In this document: one piece after another, positions 24,381 through 32,955 of the stretch
How the letters are laid out: each line of letters begins with the position of its first letter
Position numbering within the stretch: position 1 is the first letter of the stretch
DNA from: Gammaproteobacteria bacterium
GTDB taxonomy: Bacteria > Pseudomonadota > Gammaproteobacteria > UBA4575
Direction: 5' to 3'
Assembly: GCA_965222615.1 (NCBI GenBank)
Contig: CBDCUI010000009.1
Coordinates: 1-64,000 of the forward strand
Length of the DNA stretch: 64,000 nt
Notes under the pieces: model-generated
Seen by the model: the letters and a program-made list of their open reading frames with translations, nothing else
The model's database searches: none
What the model was told of the DNA's origin: nothing
Translations under genes and position numbers: made by a program

Positions 24381-24896
24381 TTACTGATAGGTATCCACAA
24401 TTCGAAGTAATATTGCCTTTAGTTCTTGAGTGGCTTTTTCAGCAGCTTGGGCTTGCTTTAAATTAAGCCCATTTGCCTCAGCAACAGGATCGTAAAAACC
24501 CACCACAATCCGCTCTTTTTCGCGAAAAATTGTAAATCGACATGGAATAATAAGTGAAATAAATGGATCTTCATCAATCGCTCTAGCTAAATATTGGGAC
24601 TTACAAACCGATATCACTCTATTATCGGTTTGTTTACCAAAATCTTTTACTACTGTGCCAATATCCAGTTCATTGACGACTTGCCAATTTTCTTCCAATA
24701 CCTCATTTTTGACACTATCTACTACTTCATCAAAATCTAAATCTCCAGATAAATAAATAACATATGCATCGCCACGCTGCTCTATCTCTTCAGCATTGAT
24801 TTGCATAGAAAACAGTAAAAGAAAGCAGCCTAACCAAATCATATATCGCAAGGGGTGAAAACGAAGAATTTCTTGATGTATTTTTATGTTCGCCAT
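24381..24896 (-). CDS. DUF302-like exported protein
   Basis: AAGGGAGG RBS before ATG24896, hydrophobic leader, VISVC...IIPCRFTIF. Confidence 0.7.
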   Translation of the reverse strand: MANIKIHQEILRFHPLRYMIWLGCFLLLFSMQINAEEIEQRGDAYVIYLSGDLDFDEVVDSVKNEVLEENWQVVNELDIGTVVKDFGKQTDNRVISVCKSQYLARAIDEDPFISLIIPCRFTIFREKERIVVGFYDPVAEANGLNLKQAQAAEKATQELKAILLRIVDTYQ

Positions 24897-25331
24897 CTGA
24901 AAGCACCTCCCTTTAAATATAAATACTAGGGCTGTACAACAAGTATAAATTGCAAACACAGCCTCCTTAAATGGCTGTCGCCATGTTGTTAAGTATAGCA
25001 ATTTTTAGGTTGTTTATTTACCAGTTAAAAAACAATTGCATAATAAAAAATACAATTGCTGCAAATACACAAAAAAGTGCGACTTGAATCCAATATTCTT
25101 TAACAACTCTGGCTAGTTCATCCCAAAAATGCTCTATAGTTGATATATTTTTCATTTCACTTCTATACTTAATTAAATTACAAAACTTTTTCTTTCATGT
25201 TTATATGACATTTAATAGCATGTTTAGTTTGCTATATAGTGATATGTTTAAATAACAAAACAGAATATTCTTCATTAACTTTTCTTATTTGCTGAGTACA
25301 AAAGCCAACCATATTTAGATCAGGAGAAAAA

Positions 25332-25691
25332 GTGTTATATAAACAAGTCTATTTACTAAAAGTTATATTTATAATTTCTTTCTTTATAAGTGCTTACTCA
25401 ATACATGCAGAAATGACCTTATGCGACTGTATGAATAAACCAATGGATACAAATGAGAAGGTGGCTGCTTGTACAAAAATATTTGAAGCACAAAATCCTA
25501 AAACTGCATATGAGGAGCGCCTTGCATGTCGTGATAAACCGCCTCCAGCAGATGGCCCAGACATTTGCTATTGCTTAAAGGCATCGTATCCAGACGAAGA
25601 AGTAATAGCTAAATGTGAATCAATAACTGAGGATATGATTCAGCTCGAACTGAGGAAGCATATTTATGACTGCGCAGGGAAATCTTTTTAA
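25332..25691 (+). CDS. Small secreted Cys-rich protein with two CxC-x13-C-x18-C repeats
   Basis: AGGAG RBS, signal peptide ending IHA, 8 Cys in a duplicated spacing. Confidence 0.75.
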   Translation: MLYKQVYLLKVIFIISFFISAYSIHAEMTLCDCMNKPMDTNEKVAACTKIFEAQNPKTAYEERLACRDKPPPADGPDICYCLKASYPDEEVIAKCESITEDMIQLELRKHIYDCAGKSF

Positions 25692-25831
25692 TCGGGGTAG
25701 CTAGTCCCTTCCTAGTTTATCTGAAACTTCTATTGGAAAAATTCAATCGAGTTTGAATCGATTGGGTTAGTCGTAAATCTTTATAGTCAGTGATTTATGT
25801 AAATGTCATTCAATAAGTAGATATAATTTGA

Positions 25832-26239
25832 TTATTCATCAAGTAACTGGATAAATTCATCTATTTCTTTCTCGCTTATATGGCCATCTATTAAATCTCC
25901 TATTTCATCAAGTCTTGCAATGGCTTCAATAATTATTTCTTCATGCTCATTTTCATAGTCTATATCTATCGGCTTAGTTGGTGTTTTATCATTTGACGAA
26001 AAATAGCCTCTTCTAATGAAAGATGCCCATTTTTGAACATCTTCTTCACTAACATTTTCATTTCTAAAGTTTTCTAGAACAGTAATTATATTTTTCCTTG
26101 TAAGAATAATTGTCGGTAATTTATTAAATAACTTAATAAGTTCATAATGATTAGTATTTGCAAAAATGCTGACTTTTGAGATATCACCTTTAATGAAATT
26201 TAAAAGATCATTTGTTAGTAATTTGTTATTGTCCACCAT
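25832..26239 (-). CDS. Candidate immunity protein for cassette 5
   Basis: ATG26239 overlaps the 3' end of the toxin gene; small, acidic, no signal peptide. Confidence 0.7.
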   Translation of the reverse strand: MVDNNKLLTNDLLNFIKGDISKVSIFANTNHYELIKLFNKLPTIILTRKNIITVLENFRNENVSEEDVQKWASFIRRGYFSSNDKTPTKPIDIDYENEHEEIIIEAIARLDEIGDLIDGHISEKEIDEFIQLLDE

Positions 26240-27137
26240 GAATAAATTTCCTTTCAATTACATTACCATCCGGACTTATTGTGTCTTTAAACTCTCTTAC
26301 AATTTTTCCATTAGAGTCGACATCTTGTATAAATCTTTTCCCAAAACCTTCATTTTTTGCAGGAGTAAAAAACTCGAATCTCTTTCCACCATCAGGTAAA
26401 TCGGTAATAGTAAAATCCTTACTCTTAGTTTTACTTGCACCTTTAAAAAAGCGGTTGGCGGCTTTACCAAGGTCTCCACCTAATGCTTTTCTAGCTTCAT
26501 CTCTACTGGCAAACTTGATTCCAGCTTTTAAACCAACAGCTCCTATACCAAGTATTTTTAAAATCCCACCTCCAGGGACTAAGTTAATAGGATCACTAAC
26601 GACTCCATCCACGACATCGGCGCTAGTAGCTGCACCTTCTCCAAATTTTTCGAACGCATTACCCACTGACTCACCTGGAAGTTCTCCATCACCTAAAACT
26701 TCCCGCACTGCATCACGGCTATCCTCTCCATTAGGGTCTACATATTTATATGGGTTGTTAATTACTAATGCATAACGATTAAATGAATGTATATTATCTG
26801 AGCTAAACCCAACCGGATCCACCGCCATAAACCGCCCAATTTTAGAATCACAATAGCGAGCTCCAAGATACGTTAAGCCAGTCGCATCATCTAAGGGCTT
26901 GCCCGTATGCCATTGTCGATTATTTTTAGATTTGGGGTCCTTTTCCACCCGTTCCCCAAAAGGCATATATTCTTCCTGCCACAGAAGGTTTCCATTCTCA
27001 TCGGTAGCTGCCACCGGTGAGCCCAATAAATCATTGTGGTAATAGGTGACGAGTACGTCAGCTTGTATACTCGCCACCAAACAGGTTGAGATGAACAGGT
27101 AGAGAAGTGATTTAATGAATGGCTTCATTATTTTCAT
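26226..27137 (-). CDS. Cassette 5: signal peptide + Rhs core + beta-rich toxin-like C-terminus
   Basis: ...LVASIQA|DVLVTYYHNDLLGSP...GRFMAVDPVG...NNPYKYVDPNG|E, then a unique CT. Confidence 0.88.
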   Translation of the reverse strand: MKIMKPFIKSLLYLFISTCLVASIQADVLVTYYHNDLLGSPVAATDENGNLLWQEEYMPFGERVEKDPKSKNNRQWHTGKPLDDATGLTYLGARYCDSKIGRFMAVDPVGFSSDNIHSFNRYALVINNPYKYVDPNGEDSRDAVREVLGDGELPGESVGNAFEKFGEGAATSADVVDGVVSDPINLVPGGGILKILGIGAVGLKAGIKFASRDEARKALGGDLGKAANRFFKGASKTKSKDFTITDLPDGGKRFEFFTPAKNEGFGKRFIQDVDSNGKIVREFKDTISPDGNVIERKFIHGGQ

Positions 27138-27221
27138 CAGTTATTTACTAATGTAGTACTGATATTAATTAAGTGTATGGAAATAAAAAGTGCATTTGGC
27201 TACATCAGTTAACCAGTACGA

Positions 27222-27611
27222 CTATTCAAGTATATAAATGTCAATGTCTAAAGCAGCTCTGATTGATGCAGCAAATTGTATTAATTCAGTATTAAAAAAT
27301 AATTCAGGCACAGAATTATTTTCTACATTTACGATGCAAGATAAATCTACTTCTATATCATTTGGTAACTTTTTTAAACTTAAAATTTGTTTATCAAGAG
27401 CTGACATCATGCGTTTCCCGGCTGATGATAGAGACGAATCGGTGAATTCAAGTTGACAGCCATTATCTTTATGGCGGTTTTTTGCTAATGGGTGAACCAA
27501 ATCACCACAATTCCAAGTCTTGGAAGGTTTGAAGTTTACTACTTTGTTAATTTGCTCAGAAGATAAATTATTGCTTGAAAATATTAAACGAAGTTTTACT
27601 TCTGAAGGCAT
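27222..27611 (-). CDS. DUF4279-like candidate immunity protein for cassette 4
   Basis: ATG27611 lies just after the toxin stop. PSKTWNCGD...PELFFNTELIQFAASIRAALDIDIY matches the recalled DUF4279 pattern. Confidence 0.7.
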   Translation of the reverse strand: MPSEVKLRLIFSSNNLSSEQINKVVNFKPSKTWNCGDLVHPLAKNRHKDNGCQLEFTDSSLSSAGKRMMSALDKQILSLKKLPNDIEVDLSCIVNVENNSVPELFFNTELIQFAASIRAALDIDIYILE

Positions 27612-27615
27612 ACTA

Positions 27616-28449
27616 TTATAAATCTTTAAGGTTGATTCCAGTTTCTTCGCCTGGGCCACTTCCGTCTTTTGGTTTGATAATAACATTTCCTTTCTTATCC
27701 TTAAATAAATCTAATTTGCCAGTTCTTTTCCCTCCTTTTAGTTCTTCAGGGTCAATATCATTGTCTTTCAGTTTTTTAATATCTCCTTTCGTTAGTTTCC
27801 CTAAATCACCTTTATTGCTTGAAGTATCTGAGTCTTTCTCGCTATTACTATCGCCATCACCATCATCAGCTGATTCATTGAGTACACCAGGAAATGTTCC
27901 AGATGAAATGCTTCCAGAGTTATTGCCAATAATTTCAGCAGTGTTATCTAGTGCATTTTTAGCTGTGATAAATGTAAGTGCAGATAAAGTAAGAACACCA
28001 AGACAACTTAGAGGAGTTACGCAGAGTATAAGCTGACTAAACTCCCCATCCGGATCTACATATTTATACGGATTATTATTAACTAAAGCATAGCGGTTGA
28101 AAGAGTGCATATTGACAGGATCCACACCAACCGGATCCATCGCCATAAACCGCCCAATCTTAGAATCACAATAGCGAGCCCCAAGATACGTTAACCCAGT
28201 CGCATCATCTAAGGGCTTACCGGTATGCCACTGACGATTATTTTTAGATTTGGGATCCTTCTCCACCCGTTCCCCGAAGGGCATATATTCTTCCTGCCAC
28301 AGAAGGTTTCCATTCTCATCGGTAGCTGCCACCGGTGAGCCCAATAAATCATTGTGGTAATAGGTGACGAGTACATCAGCTTGTACACTTGCCATTAAAC
28401 AGGTTGAGAGTAAGGTGTAGAAAAACGCATTAATTATTTTTTTCATCAT
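27616..28449 (-). CDS. Cassette 4: signal peptide + Rhs core + Ntox33-like toxin
   Basis: MMKKIINAFF...VQA|DVLVTYYHND...VDPDG|E; CT KLKDNDIDPEELKG...DLFKDKKGNVIIKPKDGSGPGEETGINL. Confidence 0.88.
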   Translation of the reverse strand: MMKKIINAFFYTLLSTCLMASVQADVLVTYYHNDLLGSPVAATDENGNLLWQEEYMPFGERVEKDPKSKNNRQWHTGKPLDDATGLTYLGARYCDSKIGRFMAMDPVGVDPVNMHSFNRYALVNNNPYKYVDPDGEFSQLILCVTPLSCLGVLTLSALTFITAKNALDNTAEIIGNNSGSISSGTFPGVLNESADDGDGDSNSEKDSDTSSNKGDLGKLTKGDIKKLKDNDIDPEELKGGKRTGKLDLFKDKKGNVIIKPKDGSGPGEETGINLKDL

Positions 28450-28489
28450 TTTTATAGCTTTACAATTTCTAGTTTGACATTGTATTGGA

Positions 28490-28625
28490 GTAGAGCTCAA
28501 AAAGTAGTTTGAGTGAGATTTTGCGGTGTGGTCGTCACGAAGGAATATATATGTCGTTGTCCGCTACCATGTTCATGACATGATACCAATTGCCTGGAAA
28601 TTCAAATACGTAATTGGCGGAACAT
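28490..28625 (-). pseudogene. Decayed N-terminus of a RAYT/IS200-like Y1 transposase (copy A)
   Basis: Frameshifted MFRQLRI/EFPGNWYHVMN/GSGQRHIY...HRKISLKLLFEL. Confidence 0.65.
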
Positions 28626-28674
28626 GAGCAGGTCATATCACAACTTATTCTATAACATAAACATAGATTCGACC

Positions 28675-29448
28675 TTATAGCTTATTTTGAAGTTCTTTTA
28701 GTTTATTTTGGGCTCGTTTGTTATCAGGATCAGCTAATACAGCATTTTTAAGGTCTTCAAGTGCTTGACTTAAATTACCAAGCCCTATTTGAGCTTCACC
28801 TCTCATGCATAATGTCCACGAGTCATTGGGATTTCGATCAATTGCAGAATTTAGATAGTGAAGTGCATCCTCATATTTATTTTTTTCTAAACTCAATATT
28901 CCCAAATTGTAATATGGAGAAGAATAATCACTTTTCAATTCGATTGCGTGTTTTAAATTTTTAAAGGCATCAGATGTATTACCGACTTTGCTCAATGCAT
29001 ATCCAAGGCTATTAAAAGCTTCTGCTAATTCTGGATTTAGCTCTATTGCATAAGTGTAATCCTTGATAGCAGCTTCAAAATTTTTTTCATCTAAAAAAGT
29101 ATTACCGCGATTTAAATAACAATCTGCATCATTAGGAGATAGTTTTATTGCAAAATTATAGTCTTCTCTTGCTAGGGCATATTTTCTTTTTAGCCGATAA
29201 GCGATTCCACGATTTATATAGCCATCGATTTCATCAGGAGAAATTTCTATTGCTTTAGTAAAGTCTTCTATTGCTTTATCTAAGTTACTTGTTTTTAAAT
29301 AAGAATTTCCACGAAAATTATATGAATCACTTACTGGGTCATAGCCTATTAACTTGGTAAATACTTTGATGCATTTTGTATATTGTTCACTGTTATAAAG
29401 ACTGATTGCTTCGTTTAATATATCAGTTCTACGATCATTAACCGTCAT
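28675..29448 (-). CDS. TPR protein, candidate immunity for cassette 3
   Basis: Consecutive 34-aa repeats (Y.NRG.....A..D...AI.L.P); directly downstream of the toxin gene. Confidence 0.85.
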   Translation of the reverse strand: MTVNDRRTDILNEAISLYNSEQYTKCIKVFTKLIGYDPVSDSYNFRGNSYLKTSNLDKAIEDFTKAIEISPDEIDGYINRGIAYRLKRKYALAREDYNFAIKLSPNDADCYLNRGNTFLDEKNFEAAIKDYTYAIELNPELAEAFNSLGYALSKVGNTSDAFKNLKHAIELKSDYSSPYYNLGILSLEKNKYEDALHYLNSAIDRNPNDSWTLCMRGEAQIGLGNLSQALEDLKNAVLADPDNKRAQNKLKELQNKL

Positions 29449-29509
29449 AGTTTTCTTTTTTAAATTGAATAATCAGTATACTAATAAAAACATAATATTT
29501 GTTATATGA

Positions 29510-30382
29510 CTATCCTCCATTTTTAGACTTTGATTCACGTTTCTTTTGTTTAAGCTCATTTTTTCGTCTATTTCTCTCTAGGTCAGCATCTAGAGTGCTA
29601 ATATCACCTTCTTTACCTCTGTTTTTAGCTTTTTGTTTTTTTCTTTTATCTTGAGCTTTAGTAATTGAATCTAAATTGTCAGAAAGAGACCCAATTTCGT
29701 CGTCAGTTCCAGTTTTAATTCCTTGTTTAAGCTTAGAGTCTGATTTTGATATATCATCGATTTGCGGTAAAGGTTTTTCACTGCTACTAGAATCACCGTC
29801 ATCTTCACTATTTGATTCACTAAATACACCTAAGCCAGAGAAAAATTCACCTATGCCTTCAAGGGCTCTACGTTTTCCCTCTTGATCTCTTTGGAGCTCA
29901 AGTCCTCCAGCTACAAGAAGAATAACAATACCTAGCGGAATTGTCTGCGCAAGTTCCCCATCCGGATCTACATATTTATACGGATTATTATTAACTAAAG
30001 CATAGCGGTTGAAAGAGTGCATATTGACAGGATCCACACCAACCGGATCCATCGCCATAAACCGCCCAATCTTAGAATCACAATAGCGGGCTCCAAGATA
30101 GGTTAAGCCCGTTGCCTCGTCTAAAGGTTTGCCGGTATGCCATTGTCGATTATTTTTTGATTTGGGATCCTTCTCCACCCGCTCGCCAAAAGGCATGTAT
30201 TCTTCCTGCCACAACAGGGTTCCATTCTCATCCGTGGCGGCCACTGGTGAGCCCAACAAATCATTGTGGTAATAGGTAACGAGTACGTCAGCTTGTACAC
30301 TCGCTACTAAACAGGTTGAGAGTAATATGTAGAAAAAAGATTTAATAAGTTCTTGCATTTTTTTATACTTGATTAATTTCAT
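29510..30382 (-). CDS. Cassette 3: signal peptide + Rhs core + Lys/Arg-rich CT ending in GG
   Basis: ATG30382 (ATGA overlap with the upstream relic), VQA|DVLVTYYHND, VDPDG|E. Confidence 0.88.
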   Translation of the reverse strand: MKLIKYKKMQELIKSFFYILLSTCLVASVQADVLVTYYHNDLLGSPVAATDENGTLLWQEEYMPFGERVEKDPKSKNNRQWHTGKPLDEATGLTYLGARYCDSKIGRFMAMDPVGVDPVNMHSFNRYALVNNNPYKYVDPDGELAQTIPLGIVILLVAGGLELQRDQEGKRRALEGIGEFFSGLGVFSESNSEDDGDSSSSEKPLPQIDDISKSDSKLKQGIKTGTDDEIGSLSDNLDSITKAQDKRKKQKAKNRGKEGDISTLDADLERNRRKNELKQKKRESKSKNGG

Positions 30383-30638
30383 GGAGAAGCAACTCCTTCG
30401 ACATTCAGTTCTGCTACACAAGTCCACTCTCTATTGAGTGCCTCATTCAACGCTACTAATCGTATGTAGCATCCGGTCTTAGTCGTAAACGTAACTCTTT
30501 TCTCAGATGCATTATTTGCAAAACTATCCATGGCACGGGTGTGTCCCAATTCGTTCCATCTGTACTGACATAAAGCTGATAGTCTTCGATACGACCGTTC
30601 GATTGCGTAGCACGGGGTAAATAACGAAACGCATCAAG
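30379..30638 (-). pseudogene. Relic C-terminal half of a discoidin / F5-8 type C (CBM32-like) domain
   Basis: LDAFRYLPRATQSNGRIEDYQLYVSTDGTNWDTPV, a frameshift at ~30535, then AMDSFANNASEKRVTFTTKTGCYIRLVALNEALNREWTCVAELNVEGVASP*. Confidence 0.8.
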
Positions 30639-30858
30639 GATTATTGTTTACTAAAGAATATCTATTAAAAGTTTGAGGATCTAGTTCAATTCAAATTCAA
30701 TAACAGGGAAAGATCAGAGAATTCAAATTTTTCTAATGAATGTTGTTCTATAACAGTTTAATTACGTATTCGCTGCACACAACCAAGTCACAATTTTTAC
30801 AAGCTTAACAGTGTTAGAATAACTTATGGCTGTCTTTATATAGATATAGTAAATATAG

Positions 30859-31122
30859 TTATTTATTGTAAGGTAATTTTATATTTTGCTCTACTAAAGT
30901 AGTTTCATATGTATTAATTAAAGCTTCTAAATCGTCCTTTAATTGTGAAATATTGTCTAATGCATTGTCGAAATTATGGTTATTGATTTCTTTCTTTGTA
31001 TTCTTAACTAAAGTTAACATACTAAATAAAGTATCACCTTGAATTACAATGCCTGGAAATTCTCTTGTAGATAATTTGACAATGGGCGAATTTGAAATAT
31101 TCTTTAATATTGTTATTTTCAA
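30859..31122 (-). CDS. Small candidate immunity protein for cassette 2 (DUF6959-like)
   Basis: SNSPIVKLSTREFPGIVIQGDTL...YETTL....IKLPY; family recalled, not searched. Confidence 0.7.
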   Translation of the reverse strand: MKITILKNISNSPIVKLSTREFPGIVIQGDTLFSMLTLVKNTKKEINNHNFDNALDNISQLKDDLEALINTYETTLVEQNIKLPYNK

Positions 31123-31138
31123 TTTTATTTTTTAACTC

Positions 31139-32086
31139 TTATGGATCAAATTTTATAAATGGTTTATTGGTATCTACAGGTCCATCTAAGAAATCCTGTC
31201 CTGTCGGTCCTCTAGTACCAATTTCACCACCACCTTGTCCTTTTGGCAATTTTGATTTTGCTTTCTTTCTAATTTTCCTATTTATTGGCTCTATAATAAA
31301 GTCAAAATCTGAATCTATACTATTGCCCCCCTGCTTAGCCGCACGGCTTCCTACTAATGTCACACTAGAATCAGTTTCTGAAACAAACAGTTGTATTGCA
31401 TTACGCTCAGCCTCAGATAGATTATCAATATCAGCTCCACCTCCAGCTGTTATTTTTTTGCCTACATCATCGATAAAGGGGCCACCAATCTTGGTTAGTA
31501 GTTTTCCTGTTCCTCCTAGTATTATTCCTGCCCCAGCTTCGATAACACCATCTTTAGCGGCTTCACCTGCAGTTTTTTCTCCACGTGCAACATCCGAAAT
31601 ATTGCTTCCAATTGCAAAACCAGTGACTCCTACCCCCAGGAGTTTCAAAGTTGGAGGAATTAGCGCAAGAAAACCAGCTTCTCCATTTGGGTCGATAAAT
31701 TTTTGAGGATTGTTGTTTACTAGTGCATATCGATTAAAAGAGTGAAAGCTAGATTCTCCAAATCCAACCGGATCCACCGCCATAAACCGCCCAATCTTAG
31801 AATCACAATAGCGAGCTCCAAGATAGGTTAAGCCCGTTGCTTCATCTAAGGGTTTGCCGGTATGCCACTGACGATTATTTAGTGATTTGGGATCCTTCTC
31901 CACCCGCTCGCCAAAAGGCATGTATTCTTCCTGCCACAACAGGGTTCCATTCTCATCCGTGGCGGCCACTGGTGAGCCCAACAAATCATTGTGGTAATAG
32001 GTAATCAGTACATCGGCCTGAACACTCGCCACTAAACAGGTTGAGAGTAATATGTAGAAAAATGCATTAATTATTTTTTTCATCAT
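31139..32086 (-). CDS. Cassette 2: signal peptide + Rhs core + nucleotidyltransferase-like CT
   Basis: VQA|DVLITYYHND, IDPNG|E, CT motif VTLVGSRA...DSDFDFII. Confidence 0.88.
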   Translation of the reverse strand: MMKKIINAFFYILLSTCLVASVQADVLITYYHNDLLGSPVAATDENGTLLWQEEYMPFGERVEKDPKSLNNRQWHTGKPLDEATGLTYLGARYCDSKIGRFMAVDPVGFGESSFHSFNRYALVNNNPQKFIDPNGEAGFLALIPPTLKLLGVGVTGFAIGSNISDVARGEKTAGEAAKDGVIEAGAGIILGGTGKLLTKIGGPFIDDVGKKITAGGGADIDNLSEAERNAIQLFVSETDSSVTLVGSRAAKQGGNSIDSDFDFIIEPINRKIRKKAKSKLPKGQGGGEIGTRGPTGQDFLDGPVDTNKPFIKFDP

Positions 32087-32124
32087 TCTTATAGCTTTAC
32101 AATTTCTAGTTTGACATTGTATTA

Positions 32125-32263
32125 GAGTGAAGCTCTAGAAGCAGTTCGAGACAGAGTTTGCGATGTGGTCGTTATGAAGGGTTATATGTATCGGTATCCA
32201 GCACCACGATTCATAACATGATACCAGGCTCTTGGAAATTCGAGTACGTAACAAACAGGACAT
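32125..32263 (-). pseudogene. Decayed N-terminus of a RAYT/IS200-like Y1 transposase (copy B)
   Basis: MSCLLR/LEFPRAWYHVMNRGAGYRYI*...HRKLCLELLLEL; homologous to 28490-28625. Confidence 0.72.
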
Positions 32264-32318
32264 GAACAAATTATATTATCATCTGCTCTGTACAATAGAC
32301 TTGACGTCAATACTTTAC

Positions 32319-32930
32319 CTATATTTTATTTTGCTGATCATTTACCCAGAGAAAGGCTGCTTGTGCTTCCTTATATTCTTCAGGGTATTGATCAGATCTG
32401 AAAATTTCGAGTGAACTTTTTAAGTATTTGTGGGACTCTTTTAACATATTTTTTATTTCTTTTTGTTCAAATTCACTTGAAAAATTAAGTACCAATTCAT
32501 TAAGGGAATACGCAATATAAGCTTTTATGCTAGCAAGCAATTCTTTGTCCGCTTCATAATATTTGCCAATAAGCGCTTGTTTGTAATGGTAAATACAGCG
32601 TGTAAGATTGTTGACGCGATTATTTTGGGGGCGTTCGTAATAAGCCCAACCCAAATTTTTCTGAAGCTTGCTCCATTCGTCAGATAGTGGTTCGAGTTGA
32701 GAAATCAATTGTTCAAAGATCTGAATAGCTTCATCACAAGTATTCTTGAAATTATCTTCTACATTTAGCAAAGCAATTGCTAGAACTTTCTTAGCGTAGT
32801 AAAGCTTATCGGTTTTCAATGTTGGTATATGCTGGATAGCATTTCTGCATAGTTCAATACATTTTTCCCACTCTTGATTGAGATAGGCTTCTTTAATTTT
32901 ATCTAGATACAATGATGATTCTTTTTTCAA
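32319..32930 (-). CDS. Helical TPR-like protein, candidate immunity for cassette 1
   Basis: WSKLQKNLGWAY...AL and similar helical repeats; directly downstream of the toxin gene. Confidence 0.72.
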   Translation of the reverse strand: MKKESSLYLDKIKEAYLNQEWEKCIELCRNAIQHIPTLKTDKLYYAKKVLAIALLNVEDNFKNTCDEAIQIFEQLISQLEPLSDEWSKLQKNLGWAYYERPQNNRVNNLTRCIYHYKQALIGKYYEADKELLASIKAYIAYSLNELVLNFSSEFEQKEIKNMLKESHKYLKSSLEIFRSDQYPEEYKEAQAAFLWVNDQQNKI

Positions 32931-32955
32931 TTATTTACCTAAATCTTTGTTCAGT

